This document shows, piece after piece, positions 56,164 through 64,000 of a stretch of DNA of 64,000 nt (the stretch's first letter is position 1; each line of letters starts with the position of its first letter). The stretch comes from Deltaproteobacteria bacterium (GTDB lineage Bacteria > Myxococcota_A > UBA9160 > SMWR01). The notes beneath the pieces are model-generated. The model was given only the letters and a program-made list of their open reading frames with translations, had not been told where the DNA came from and ran no database searches. A program made the translations under genes and the position numbers. The DNA lies in NCBI GenBank assembly GCA_032128115.1, contig JAQBHB010000014.1:1-64000 (forward strand), written 5' to 3'.

Positions 56164-57834
56164 TCATGGCCCTGTCCCGCTCCGTCTCACATAGGCCTCG
56201 AACTCTCCGAACAGGCCGAGCGACGAATAGGCGCTTTCGAGCGCCTGCGGCAGAAAGCCTTTGACACGAAGGTAGCGTGCGATCCCCAGGCCCTCGGGAC
56301 AACGGCCACAGGTCTCCTTGGCGTTCACAAGGATGAGCTTCGGATGGTACCTGCGGACGTCCTCGCGCAGGTCCTCGAGAAACCTCTGCTCCTCGTCCAA
56401 CCACCGGCTGTCGAGGCGGTGGCCAAGCGCGCTGCCCGGGGCGGGCTGCGAGAAGTGATAGAGCAGCGGGAGCGGAACGGTCGAGATGTAGCGCGTTCCG
56501 GCCCGTCGCTTGAGCTGAAGCAGCATCGGGAAGGCCGGGGACACCGAGCTGTTCAGGATCATGACCGAGTCGCCCGGCCGCGTGAACCGGACCACCAACT
56601 GCGCATAGGGGTGGTCTGCGGGCGCCGGCAAGCTTCCTTCCGGCCGTGCGGCGACTACGGCAGCGTACGCCAGCAACGGCAGCGTCGTGGCCCAGGCGGC
56701 GGCGGCGACCCCTGGGCGCAAGCGGTGAACCCTGCGCGGCCAGGATCCGAACCGATCGCGTAGCAGGCCACCGATCATCGCCGAGCCCAGTGCGGCGAGC
56801 AGCAGGGCCCACAAGCGTGCGGGAACGCTGTGGTAGGACCACCCCTTGTGCTGAAGCAGGAAGACCGCGGCAGAACCCAGAATCAGCAACCCAAGCGGGC
56901 GGACCAAAGACCGCAGCCGCGTCTGTCCTCTCAGGGGCAGCGCCAGGAAGACAACGGCGAGCAGCACTGGAGCCGTGAGCAGCCGCCCCGCCGCCCTCCA
57001 CACTTCAGACATCGGTAGGTTGTAGGAGGCGTAGCCCCCTGCCAGCAGCGGCAGGTACCGAAAGAAGAAGGTCCGCCAGACGTCCCCCGGAAACGCGAAC
57101 AGATGCAGGGCGAAAAGCAGCGTCGTCGCCGCTGCGGCGATGATCTCGGCGGCACACAGATGTTGGACGCGACGGGCGACGCTCCACCAGTAGAGATCGG
57201 GAATGAAGAGCAGCGGGAGGAAGAGCGGCGGTTTCATGCACCCAGCGATACCTGCGAACACGCCGACGAGTGACGCGACGCCACCGGGGACGGTTCCGTC
57301 GTGGTGACGGAGCCAGCGTACGAGAAACCACGGAACGAGAACCAGCGCGAACAAGTGCTCGCGTTGCCCGAACATGTACGTCGACATGACCCACGGGCTC
57401 GCCGCGACACCCAGGCTGAGTGCCCCGGACTCCCATGTTCGAAGCGGATCCCTGGCACGAGATGTCAGCGGTCGCACCGACCACGCCACCAACGCCGTCA
57501 GCAACAGGACTCCCAGCTTGGTCACCACAATGACGTTTGCGTCCAGAAACCGCGCAATGGCAACCGGCACGAGATGCAGATACCAACTCATCGGCGGGTT
57601 GGTTTCGAAGATGCTCACATACGGGAGCCGCCCCTCGAGCAGCAGCTCAGCCACGTGCAAGAGAGTCGCGGTGTCGTGGTTGACTTCGTACGGTCGCCGG
57701 ATGACGCCCAGCGCCTGAGCGAGCAGGATGAGCGTGACCAGCGCCGGAATGAGAGGCAGTTGCCGCAGACGTGTCGGCGGAGGCACTACGAGGGCGAACT
57801 CCGCGGCAGCTGAGTCGGAACGACGGCCAGCCAC
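56164..57834 (-). CDS. Multi-pass membrane protein, GT-C glycosyltransferase-like
   Basis: NHD...LLEGRLPY...ETNPP, FGQREH, MKP, QHKGWSYH; many TM helices. Confidence 0.6.
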   Translation of the reverse strand: MAGRRSDSAAAEFALVVPPPTRLRQLPLIPALVTLILLAQALGVIRRPYEVNHDTATLLHVAELLLEGRLPYVSIFETNPPMSWYLHLVPVAIARFLDANVIVVTKLGVLLLTALVAWSVRPLTSRARDPLRTWESGALSLGVAASPWVMSTYMFGQREHLFALVLVPWFLVRWLRHHDGTVPGGVASLVGVFAGIAGCMKPPLFLPLLFIPDLYWWSVARRVQHLCAAEIIAAAATTLLFALHLFAFPGDVWRTFFFRYLPLLAGGYASYNLPMSEVWRAAGRLLTAPVLLAVVFLALPLRGQTRLRSLVRPLGLLILGSAAVFLLQHKGWSYHSVPARLWALLLAALGSAMIGGLLRDRFGSWPRRVHRLRPGVAAAAWATTLPLLAYAAVVAARPEGSLPAPADHPYAQLVVRFTRPGDSVMILNSSVSPAFPMLLQLKRRAGTRYISTVPLPLLYHFSQPAPGSALGHRLDSRWLDEEQRFLEDLREDVRRYHPKLILVNAKETCGRCPEGLGIARYLRVKGFLPQALESAYSSLGLFGEFEAYVRRSGTGP

Positions 57835-57902
57835 ATGGCTTGCAGTCTATCCGATCTTGGCGAGCGCGTGCCCGAACTCGTCATCGCTTGCGATCTGGAT
57901 GT

Positions 57903-57944
57903 CATCGTCTGGGTTCCATCGTCTGGGTGCCATCGTCTGGATGC
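57903..57944. repeat. 3 x 14-bp tandem repeat
   Basis: CATCGTCTGGGTTC / CATCGTCTGGGTGC / CATCGTCTGGATGC. Confidence 0.8.
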
Positions 57945-58075
57945 CGTCATTGGGGTCGCCGATCGCGGCGCTGGCCTCCTGCTGCCAGGCGACCCTGCCA
58001 GGGACGCAAACTCCCGAGATCCTGGCTTTGAATCCGGTGGGTCGTAGCGCCGCGGCGGGCGGCATATCGGTGCCT

Positions 58076-58882
58076 ATGCGAGAATTGCGCGCTGTGCGTC
58101 CCCGCGCCGTCGACTGGATCTTCACGCTTCCGTTCCTGATCGCCTTCGCCGTGGTGCTGCTCGTCTTCGATCCATTGCAGCGCGTCGCACGCCTGTTCGG
58201 CCCGCGGCCCCAGGAAATCGTCGCCGGTTTGCTTCAGGTCGTACTGGTCGGAACCTTCCGGCTGGCTGGAACCCGGCTCGAGGTGGAGCGGTCACCCCTG
58301 GTGAGCCCGCACACCTCGTACATCTTCATCGCCAACCACCAGAGCCTGTTCGACATTCCGATCCTTGGGGCCCTGCTCTTCTCGAACTTCCCGAAGTACG
58401 TATCGAAGCGCGAGCTCGCGCGCTGGATCCCGAGCATCTCCTACAATCTGCGCCGCGGTGGCAACGCGATCATCGACCGCGGCGATCGCGACCAGGCCAT
58501 GCGCGCGATCCGCGAACTCGGCGCCACGATCCAGACGCGGAAGATCTCGGCAGTGATCTATCCCGAAGGTACGCGCTCACGCCAGGGTGATCTCAGGCGC
58601 TTCAGGCCGGCGGGCACACTCGCGTTGCTCGAGGCAGCACCGGGAGCCCCCGTGGTGCCGATCACGATCGATGAATCCTGGCGGCTGCTGCGCTTCAACC
58701 TGCTGCCGGTTCCCTTCGGTACGCGCATCCGCGTGCGTATCGACCCGCCCATCGCGCGGCGCAGCGACGAGGATCCCTCCGCCCTGCTACACGAGGTGCG
58801 TCAGCACATCGAGAAGACCCTCGCGGACTGGCGTCGGGAAGAGCTGGTCGGGCCGGGGAGATTCGAACTCCCGACCTCCTGA
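58076..58882 (+). CDS. Lysophospholipid acyltransferase (PlsC family)
   Basis: NHQSLFD, IIDR, YPEGTRS, VVP. Confidence 0.9.
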   Translation: MRELRAVRPRAVDWIFTLPFLIAFAVVLLVFDPLQRVARLFGPRPQEIVAGLLQVVLVGTFRLAGTRLEVERSPLVSPHTSYIFIANHQSLFDIPILGALLFSNFPKYVSKRELARWIPSISYNLRRGGNAIIDRGDRDQAMRAIRELGATIQTRKISAVIYPEGTRSRQGDLRRFRPAGTLALLEAAPGAPVVPITIDESWRLLRFNLLPVPFGTRIRVRIDPPIARRSDEDPSALLHEVRQHIEKTLADWRREELVGPGRFELPTS

Positions 58883-58922
58883 CCCCCAGTCAGGCGCGCT
58901 AACCAGGCTGCGCTACGGCCCG
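58845..58922 (-). tRNA. tRNA-Pro (GGG)
   Basis: CGGGCCG...CCTGA-CT-GGG-GG-TCAGG...GTTCGAATC...CGGCCCG-ACCA. Confidence 0.95.
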
Positions 58923-59041
58923 AACCGGGGGCAGAGGTAGCGGGTGTGGGGGCTCCTGTCTACGGGAGCGCCTGCGGGAAACGGGAGGCCCGGCGTGTGC
59001 CTTTGCTACGCTCCGCCCGCGTGTCCGGTCAGGAGGTTTGC

Positions 59042-59524
59042 GTGCCGGCATCGGGAGCCCGTTCGCCGATCGTTCGCATCGAGATCCGGGTCGTCGTGGG
59101 AGAGAGCCTCATGGCCGCCTCCGACGATCCGCTGTTCCTGGGCCTTCGGGGCCCTGCGGGTCGCGAGTTCCGCCTCATGCCCGCCAAGGGCCAGGGCCTG
59201 CGGCGGGGAGCCGAAGATCGCTTCGTGCTCGGCGCCCCCGACGATCCCGCCACCAACGTGGCCCACGCCGAATTCAACGACCCCACGAACCCGATCCTGG
59301 ACGCCGAGGAAATCGAGACGCTGTATCTGCGCAAGGGCCACGAGCCCATCCCGAACGTGCGGGCCTTTGGTGAGATGGACGATCGCCTCGAGATCATCGA
59401 GGCCGCGGTCGAGATCTACACCCGGGGCGGTCCGAAACCGATCGGCTTCGTGCGCAAGGGTCCCATCTGGCTGGGACTCGTGGCCGGCCTGCGCTTCGAG
59501 ATTCCCCGATCCCACGACGAATGA
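59042..59524 (+). CDS. Hypothetical protein with PLAT/LH2-like pattern
   Basis: AGGAGG RBS; IRVVVG..AASDD.LFLGLRG..., LRRGAEDRF, LYLRK, DD.LEI..., IWL resembles a PLAT beta-sandwich. Confidence 0.5.
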   Translation: MPASGARSPIVRIEIRVVVGESLMAASDDPLFLGLRGPAGREFRLMPAKGQGLRRGAEDRFVLGAPDDPATNVAHAEFNDPTNPILDAEEIETLYLRKGHEPIPNVRAFGEMDDRLEIIEAAVEIYTRGGPKPIGFVRKGPIWLGLVAGLRFEIPRSHDE

Positions 59525-60153
59525 GCCTGCACCACCCGACGGCCCGAGCCGTCGCCGCCGCGAGCGTGGCCTGGATGGGGATGGTCGCACTGGGGCCTGC
59601 GGCCGCTGGCGACGGCATCGCTCCCGGCTCCTATTGTCGGCTGCCGGAGCCGGGCGAGGAGCCCGAGTGCCTCGATCCCGCCCGCCAGGAATACGGCGAC
59701 TTTTTCTCGGCCCTCGCCGAGGGCCTGGTAGACGATCACACCGCCGCCCGGGTCGAAGCCGACGTGGTCGACGATGCCGACCCGGAGGGCGCCTACCTGG
59801 CGCTGTCGTCGCTGTCGTACGCCTACTATGTGTTGGCCCAGCGCATGGCGGCCGAGCCCGGCGCGGACCCGGCGCTGGTGGCCCGGCTGGAACGCTGGAA
59901 CGGCGTGCTGGCCCGCGCCTTCGAGAGCAGCGCCGACGACCCGCGCTACCGCAACGCGGTGCGCGAAGCAGCCAGCGATCTCCACGGCCGTACCCGGGTG
60001 CGGGTGGGCTGTGTAGACGCCCGCGGCAACCCAGCCGAGTGCGATTCCACCGAGTCGGTGCTGCGCGGCTTCGACGCCACGTCCCACGACGTGGGGATCC
60101 GCGGCGCCCTCGAGCGGCTGATCGAGCGCATGAACGGAGACCCGAGCTCGTGA
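59521..60153 (+). CDS. Exported hypothetical protein
   Basis: ATGA overlap with the previous gene; signal peptide; two Cys pairs. Confidence 0.6.
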   Translation: MSLHHPTARAVAAASVAWMGMVALGPAAAGDGIAPGSYCRLPEPGEEPECLDPARQEYGDFFSALAEGLVDDHTAARVEADVVDDADPEGAYLALSSLSYAYYVLAQRMAAEPGADPALVARLERWNGVLARAFESSADDPRYRNAVREAASDLHGRTRVRVGCVDARGNPAECDSTESVLRGFDATSHDVGIRGALERLIERMNGDPSS

Positions 60154-60701
60154 GCAGATTGCTTCGACGCATGTGGGGCGCCGCGCGTCTGCATGCCGAC
60201 ACCTACGAAGAAGTGGAAGCGGATCGGTCGGCTCTGGCCCAGGCGGTGCTGGTGGTGGTCGCGGCTTGTACGGCCATCGGATTCGCGCGCGCCGTCCAGG
60301 GCGCCCAGGCGGGGCTGCCCAGGGGGCCGCTGGGTTTCCAGGTGATGATCTCCGTGTTGGAGCCGCTGGTGCTGTGGGTCGGGGGGTCCGCCGTGTCCTA
60401 CATGGTGGGCGCGTCGTTCTTCCGGGGACCCAAGACCCAGACGGACTTTGCCGAGGTACTGCGGACCACGGGCTTCGCCTTCACGCCGGCCGTGCTGCGC
60501 GGCTTCGCGTGGATCCCGCCGGCGGCCCTGGGGCTCAGCATCGACTTCGCAGCGCGCTTGTGGGTATTCGTCGCCGTGGTGATCGCCCTGCGCCAGGCCC
60601 TGGACTTCACCACCCTGCGCGCTGTCGGCACGTTCGGCACGGCTGCCGTGCTGCTCTACCTGATCGTGTGGGGGCTCACCGCGGCGCCGGTGCCACTCTA
60701 G
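60150..60701 (+). CDS. YIP1-like membrane protein
   Basis: GTGA overlap; YEEVEAD..A..QA, LRTTGFA.TP, ALRQALD; about five TM helices. Confidence 0.7.
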   Translation: MSRLLRRMWGAARLHADTYEEVEADRSALAQAVLVVVAACTAIGFARAVQGAQAGLPRGPLGFQVMISVLEPLVLWVGGSAVSYMVGASFFRGPKTQTDFAEVLRTTGFAFTPAVLRGFAWIPPAALGLSIDFAARLWVFVAVVIALRQALDFTTLRAVGTFGTAAVLLYLIVWGLTAAPVPL

Positions 60702-61087
60702 AGCATCGCGCGGATCGACTGGAGCTCGTCGCGGATGCTCTGGTAACGGGCCCGGTGGTCCGTCTCCACGCTCAGCTTGCCCGATTCGAGCGCGTTGCCC
60801 GCGCCGAACTCGCGCAGCTTCTTGCGCGCGCCGGCGATCGTGAAGCGCTGTTCGTAGAGCAGCTTCTTGATCAACAGGATCATGTCGATGTCGCGGCGGC
60901 GATACAGTCGCTGCTTGGAGCGCGACTTCTGGGGTGCCATCCACCGGAACTCCGACTCCCAGTAGCGCAACACGTAGGGCTTGATCCCGGTGATGCGACT
61001 GACTTCGCCGATCCGGTAGTAACGCTTCTCCGGAGCCGCGGCCCCGTCGGCGTTCGAATCTCGCGACGGTTCCGTCGCCGTTGCCAT
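60698..61087 (-). CDS. MerR-family transcriptional regulator
   Basis: KRYYRIGEVS..., VLRYWESEF, QRLY, FTIAGA; usual position after ihfA. Confidence 0.92.
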   Translation of the reverse strand: MATATEPSRDSNADGAAAPEKRYYRIGEVSRITGIKPYVLRYWESEFRWMAPQKSRSKQRLYRRRDIDMILLIKKLLYEQRFTIAGARKKLREFGAGNALESGKLSVETDHRARYQSIRDELQSIRAML

Positions 61088-61184
61088 GAAGCGCCCCCCC
61101 CGGTTGCGCAGATCGCCTGGCAGGCTCGATCGATCGGCTAGACACTAACCCAGAATGGGCCGAAGCAGAAACTCCAGCCGCGAC

Positions 61185-61493
61185 TCATCGGAGATCGGAG
61201 TGATCGCTGGCGCCCTCTTCCCCATTGAGGATGGTCTTTAGCACGAGACTCGGCTTGAAGGTAAGGACCTTTCGCGCCTCGAGCAGGATTTCCTGGCCGG
61301 TCTGGGGATTGCGCCCCTTGCGCGCGTTCTTGCCGCGCACCACGAAGTTGCCGAAGCCGGAGATCTTGACCTTCTCTCCTTGTGCGAGAGTTTCCTTGAT
61401 CGTCTCGAACACCTTCTCCACGAGCTCGGCCGACTCTTTCTTCGAGAATCCCACCTGCTCGTAGATCTGCTCCACGATCTCAGCCTTCGTCAT
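61185..61493 (-). CDS. ihfA: Integration host factor subunit alpha
   Basis: MTKAEI, VKISGFGNF, RKGRNPQTG, TFKPS; directly after pheT. Confidence 0.93.
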   Translation of the reverse strand: MTKAEIVEQIYEQVGFSKKESAELVEKVFETIKETLAQGEKVKISGFGNFVVRGKNARKGRNPQTGQEILLEARKVLTFKPSLVLKTILNGEEGASDHSDLR

Positions 61494-61520
61494 GGTCCTT
61501 CGTTCCCTCCCGTGGGGATC

Positions 61521-63920
61521 TCAGCGAAGCTCGCCGCCAAACCGCTTGGCGAGCATCCGCACGACGCGATCGGTGACCTTGGTCACCTCCACATCCGTGA
61601 GCGTACGGTCCGGTTTCTGGAACACGAGTCGGAAGGCCAGGCTCACGCGGCCCTCCGGAATACCTTTGCCCTCGTAGCGATCGAATAGCTGCGCCGAAAC
61701 CAGGTCGGCACCGGCCGCCTTGCGAATCGCCTCGAGCACTTCGCCTGCGGGTTGGCTGCGGGCAAGCACCACCGCCAGATCGCGCCGGACACTCGGGTGG
61801 CGCGAGATGTCCCGATAGCGGGGAGCCCGTTCCGGGAGCCTGCCGAGTGCCGTCAGGTCGACCTCGAGCAGCGCGCAGGGCACGTCGATCCGAGTTGCCG
61901 CCGCAACCTCGGGGTGAAGCTCGCCCAATGCGCCAACCTCCTGCTCGCCCACCTGGATCACCGCCGCGGCCCCTGGATGCAGGTACGGGGGAACCGCGGT
62001 GTTTCGGAACGATGCCACATAACCTAGCTGGAACAATAACCTTTCTGCGATCCCCCGGGTTTCGAAGAAGAGCGGCGCCTGGCTCGCCCACAGACCGGGC
62101 TCCTCGGGCGCCGTGAGCACGGCAGCGACCCACTGGGGCTCCTGGGGCAGCTCCTCGTCCCCCTGGGGCCAGAAAACCCGGCTCACCTCGAACAGCCGCA
62201 CGGGATCCACCTGGCGGCTTCGATTCTGGCGCACCAGGCGCAGCAGCGAGGGCACGAGCGTGGTTCGCAGGGCGGGCTCGTCCTCGTGGGAGGGGTTCAG
62301 CACCCGCAGGGGACTCCGCCGAGGGTCGTCGTCGGCCAGGCGCAACTGCTCGAGTTCCGCGGGCGCCAGGAACGGGAACGAGACGGTCTCCATCAGCCCT
62401 TCGGCTGCCAGTGCATCCCGGGCGCGGTCGGCCCGCACCCAACCCGGGGGCAGGCTCACCGGGGAGAGCGACACGGTGGGCAGGGTGGCGGGGATGCGCT
62501 CGTAGCCGTGGATGCGCGCGACCTCCTCCGCCAGGTCCTGCGGGGTGTGGAGATCGTTGCGGTGAGAGGGGATGCGGCAATCCAGAACGCCGCGCGGGTC
62601 CTCCTGGCACTCGACCCCCACCCGGTCCAGCAGGGCCGCCATCTCGTCGGCCGAGAGCGAGATCCCCAGCAGGCGGTTCGCGCGCTCCACCTCGAAACGG
62701 ATGTTCTCGAGCGGCGGCGGGGAGTCTCCGCGTGCGTCGACGGCTCCGTCCGCCACCTGCCCTCCCGCCAACTCCGCCATCAGGCGGGCCGCGCGGTCGG
62801 CCGCGCGCGCAATGCCCGCCCGATCCACCCCGCGCTCGAATCGATACGAAGCCTCGCTGTGGATGCCGTGCCGCCGCGCGCCCAGGCGAACCGAGGTCGG
62901 GTGGAAGTGGGCACTCTCGATCAGCACATCGACGGTCGTGTCGGTGACCTCGCTGTTGGCGCCGCCCATCACGCCGGCCAGGGCCACCGCGTGTTCGGCG
63001 TCGGCGATCACCAGATCGCGGGCGTCCAGGACCCGGTTCTGACCGTCCAGCGTCACGAGTTTCTCACCCTCGCGAGCGAGACGCACGCGGATCTCGGCAC
63101 CCCTCAATCGCGACAGGTCGAAGGCGTGCAGCGGTTGCCCCAGCTCCAGCAGGACGTGATTCGTGATATCGACGATCACATTGATGGAGCGGATGCCCGA
63201 GGCCTCGAGTCGCTTCACCAGCCAGTCGGGCGATGGCCCCACGGTGACACCGCGCACCACCCGCGCCACGTATTGGTGACAGTCGGCGGGCGCCTCGATC
63301 GAAACCGAGATCGCTTTGGCGGCCGCTGCGCCCGCCTCGGGCGGCACGGTGTCGGGCAGGCGCACCACGCCCCCGAAGAGCGCCCGCACCTCGCGCGCCA
63401 GGCCAAGCACGGAGGCCGTGTCGCCCCGGTTGGGAGTGATGCCCACCTCGATGCGCCGGTCAGCGGCGGAGATCACCTGGGGCAGCGGCGTTCCGATGGG
63501 CGCGTCCGCGTCCAGCACGAGGATGCCGTCGGCGTCGTCGCCCATGGCCAGCTCGGCGAGGGAGCAGATCATGCCCTCGGAGACCACACCGCGGATCTTC
63601 GAGCGCTTGAGCGTGCCGCCATCCGGCAGGCTCGCGCCCACCCGCGCCACCGCGACCTTCTGGCCAGCGGCCACGTTGGGCGCCCCGCACACGATTTCCA
63701 GGGGGTCGTCCTCGCCCACCGTCACGCGGCACAGGGAGAGGCGGTCGGCATTGGGATGCCGGCCGCACTCGGTTACCAGGCCCACCACGATGGCCGAGAG
63801 ATCCGGGCCCGGGTGCTCCACCACCACATCTTCGAAGCCGCCCATCTCCAGGCGATGGCAGAGCTCCGCCTCGGGCGGAAGCGCCACGAACTGTTCCAGC
63901 CAGTCCAGCGACAGCTTCAT
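61521..63920 (-). CDS. pheT: Phenylalanine--tRNA ligase beta subunit
   Basis: HPNADRL, IVCGAPN, SEGMICS, TPNRGD, GQPLHAFD, RFERGVD, EEVARIHGY, LRTTL, RDLA, LFDRYEG. Confidence 0.98.
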   Translation of the reverse strand: MKLSLDWLEQFVALPPEAELCHRLEMGGFEDVVVEHPGPDLSAIVVGLVTECGRHPNADRLSLCRVTVGEDDPLEIVCGAPNVAAGQKVAVARVGASLPDGGTLKRSKIRGVVSEGMICSLAELAMGDDADGILVLDADAPIGTPLPQVISAADRRIEVGITPNRGDTASVLGLAREVRALFGGVVRLPDTVPPEAGAAAAKAISVSIEAPADCHQYVARVVRGVTVGPSPDWLVKRLEASGIRSINVIVDITNHVLLELGQPLHAFDLSRLRGAEIRVRLAREGEKLVTLDGQNRVLDARDLVIADAEHAVALAGVMGGANSEVTDTTVDVLIESAHFHPTSVRLGARRHGIHSEASYRFERGVDRAGIARAADRAARLMAELAGGQVADGAVDARGDSPPPLENIRFEVERANRLLGISLSADEMAALLDRVGVECQEDPRGVLDCRIPSHRNDLHTPQDLAEEVARIHGYERIPATLPTVSLSPVSLPPGWVRADRARDALAAEGLMETVSFPFLAPAELEQLRLADDDPRRSPLRVLNPSHEDEPALRTTLVPSLLRLVRQNRSRQVDPVRLFEVSRVFWPQGDEELPQEPQWVAAVLTAPEEPGLWASQAPLFFETRGIAERLLFQLGYVASFRNTAVPPYLHPGAAAVIQVGEQEVGALGELHPEVAAATRIDVPCALLEVDLTALGRLPERAPRYRDISRHPSVRRDLAVVLARSQPAGEVLEAIRKAAGADLVSAQLFDRYEGKGIPEGRVSLAFRLVFQKPDRTLTDVEVTKVTDRVVRMLAKRFGGELR

Positions 63921-64000
63921 CAGATCTGCTCGAGAACCCGCACGTCTCCCTCGAACATGAGACGCAGGTGCGGGAAGCCGAAGCGGAGCATGGCGGTGCG
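63920..64000 (-). CDS. pheS: Phenylalanine--tRNA ligase alpha subunit, 3' end only
   Basis: ...RTAMLRFGFPHLRLMFEGDVRVLEQI-stop, TGATG-coupled to pheT. Confidence 0.85.
   Translation of the reverse strand, partial: RTAMLRFGFPHLRLMFEGDVRVLEQI

Overview
High-GC bacterial chromosome segment; gene content (PEP-CTERM proteins, PilZ, FHA, FYDLN-acid protein, eukaryote-like UDP-sugar pyrophosphorylase, poly-SnoaL protein) suggests a Myxococcota/deltaproteobacterial lineage (inference). The core genes are tgt-queA, der, miaA-mutL, pcm-nlpD-like and pheS-pheT-ihfA-merR, plus three minus-strand tRNAs (fMet, Arg-CCT, Pro-GGG). A 28-bp XerC/D dif-like site at 21497-21524 suggests the window spans the replication terminus. 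Each tRNA has accessory DNA behind its 3' end. Two integrase-less mini-islands (about 1.2 kb at tRNA-fMet carrying a PEP-CTERM gene with a sigma54-type promoter; about 0.85 kb at tRNA-Arg carrying one small lower-GC gene) are bounded by exact tRNA 3'-end duplications. An orphan IS3-type end and a second, inverted tRNA-Met 3' fragment lie at 4.65-4.85 kb. A selenoprotein (UGSC motif, in-frame TGA followed by a SECIS-like hairpin) that the ORF track splits in two sits in an apparent operon with a CxxC thioredoxin-fusion partner, a multi-pass TPR membrane protein and a CAAX-type protease. Other oddities are a giant truncated SnoaL-repeat protein, a lower-GC sterol-methyltransferase-like gene, degenerate signalling proteins (His-less HPt, GAFTGA-less sigma54 activator) and many recent short tandem duplications. 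All functional calls come from motif recognition by eye; no searches were run, and several start codons are estimates.
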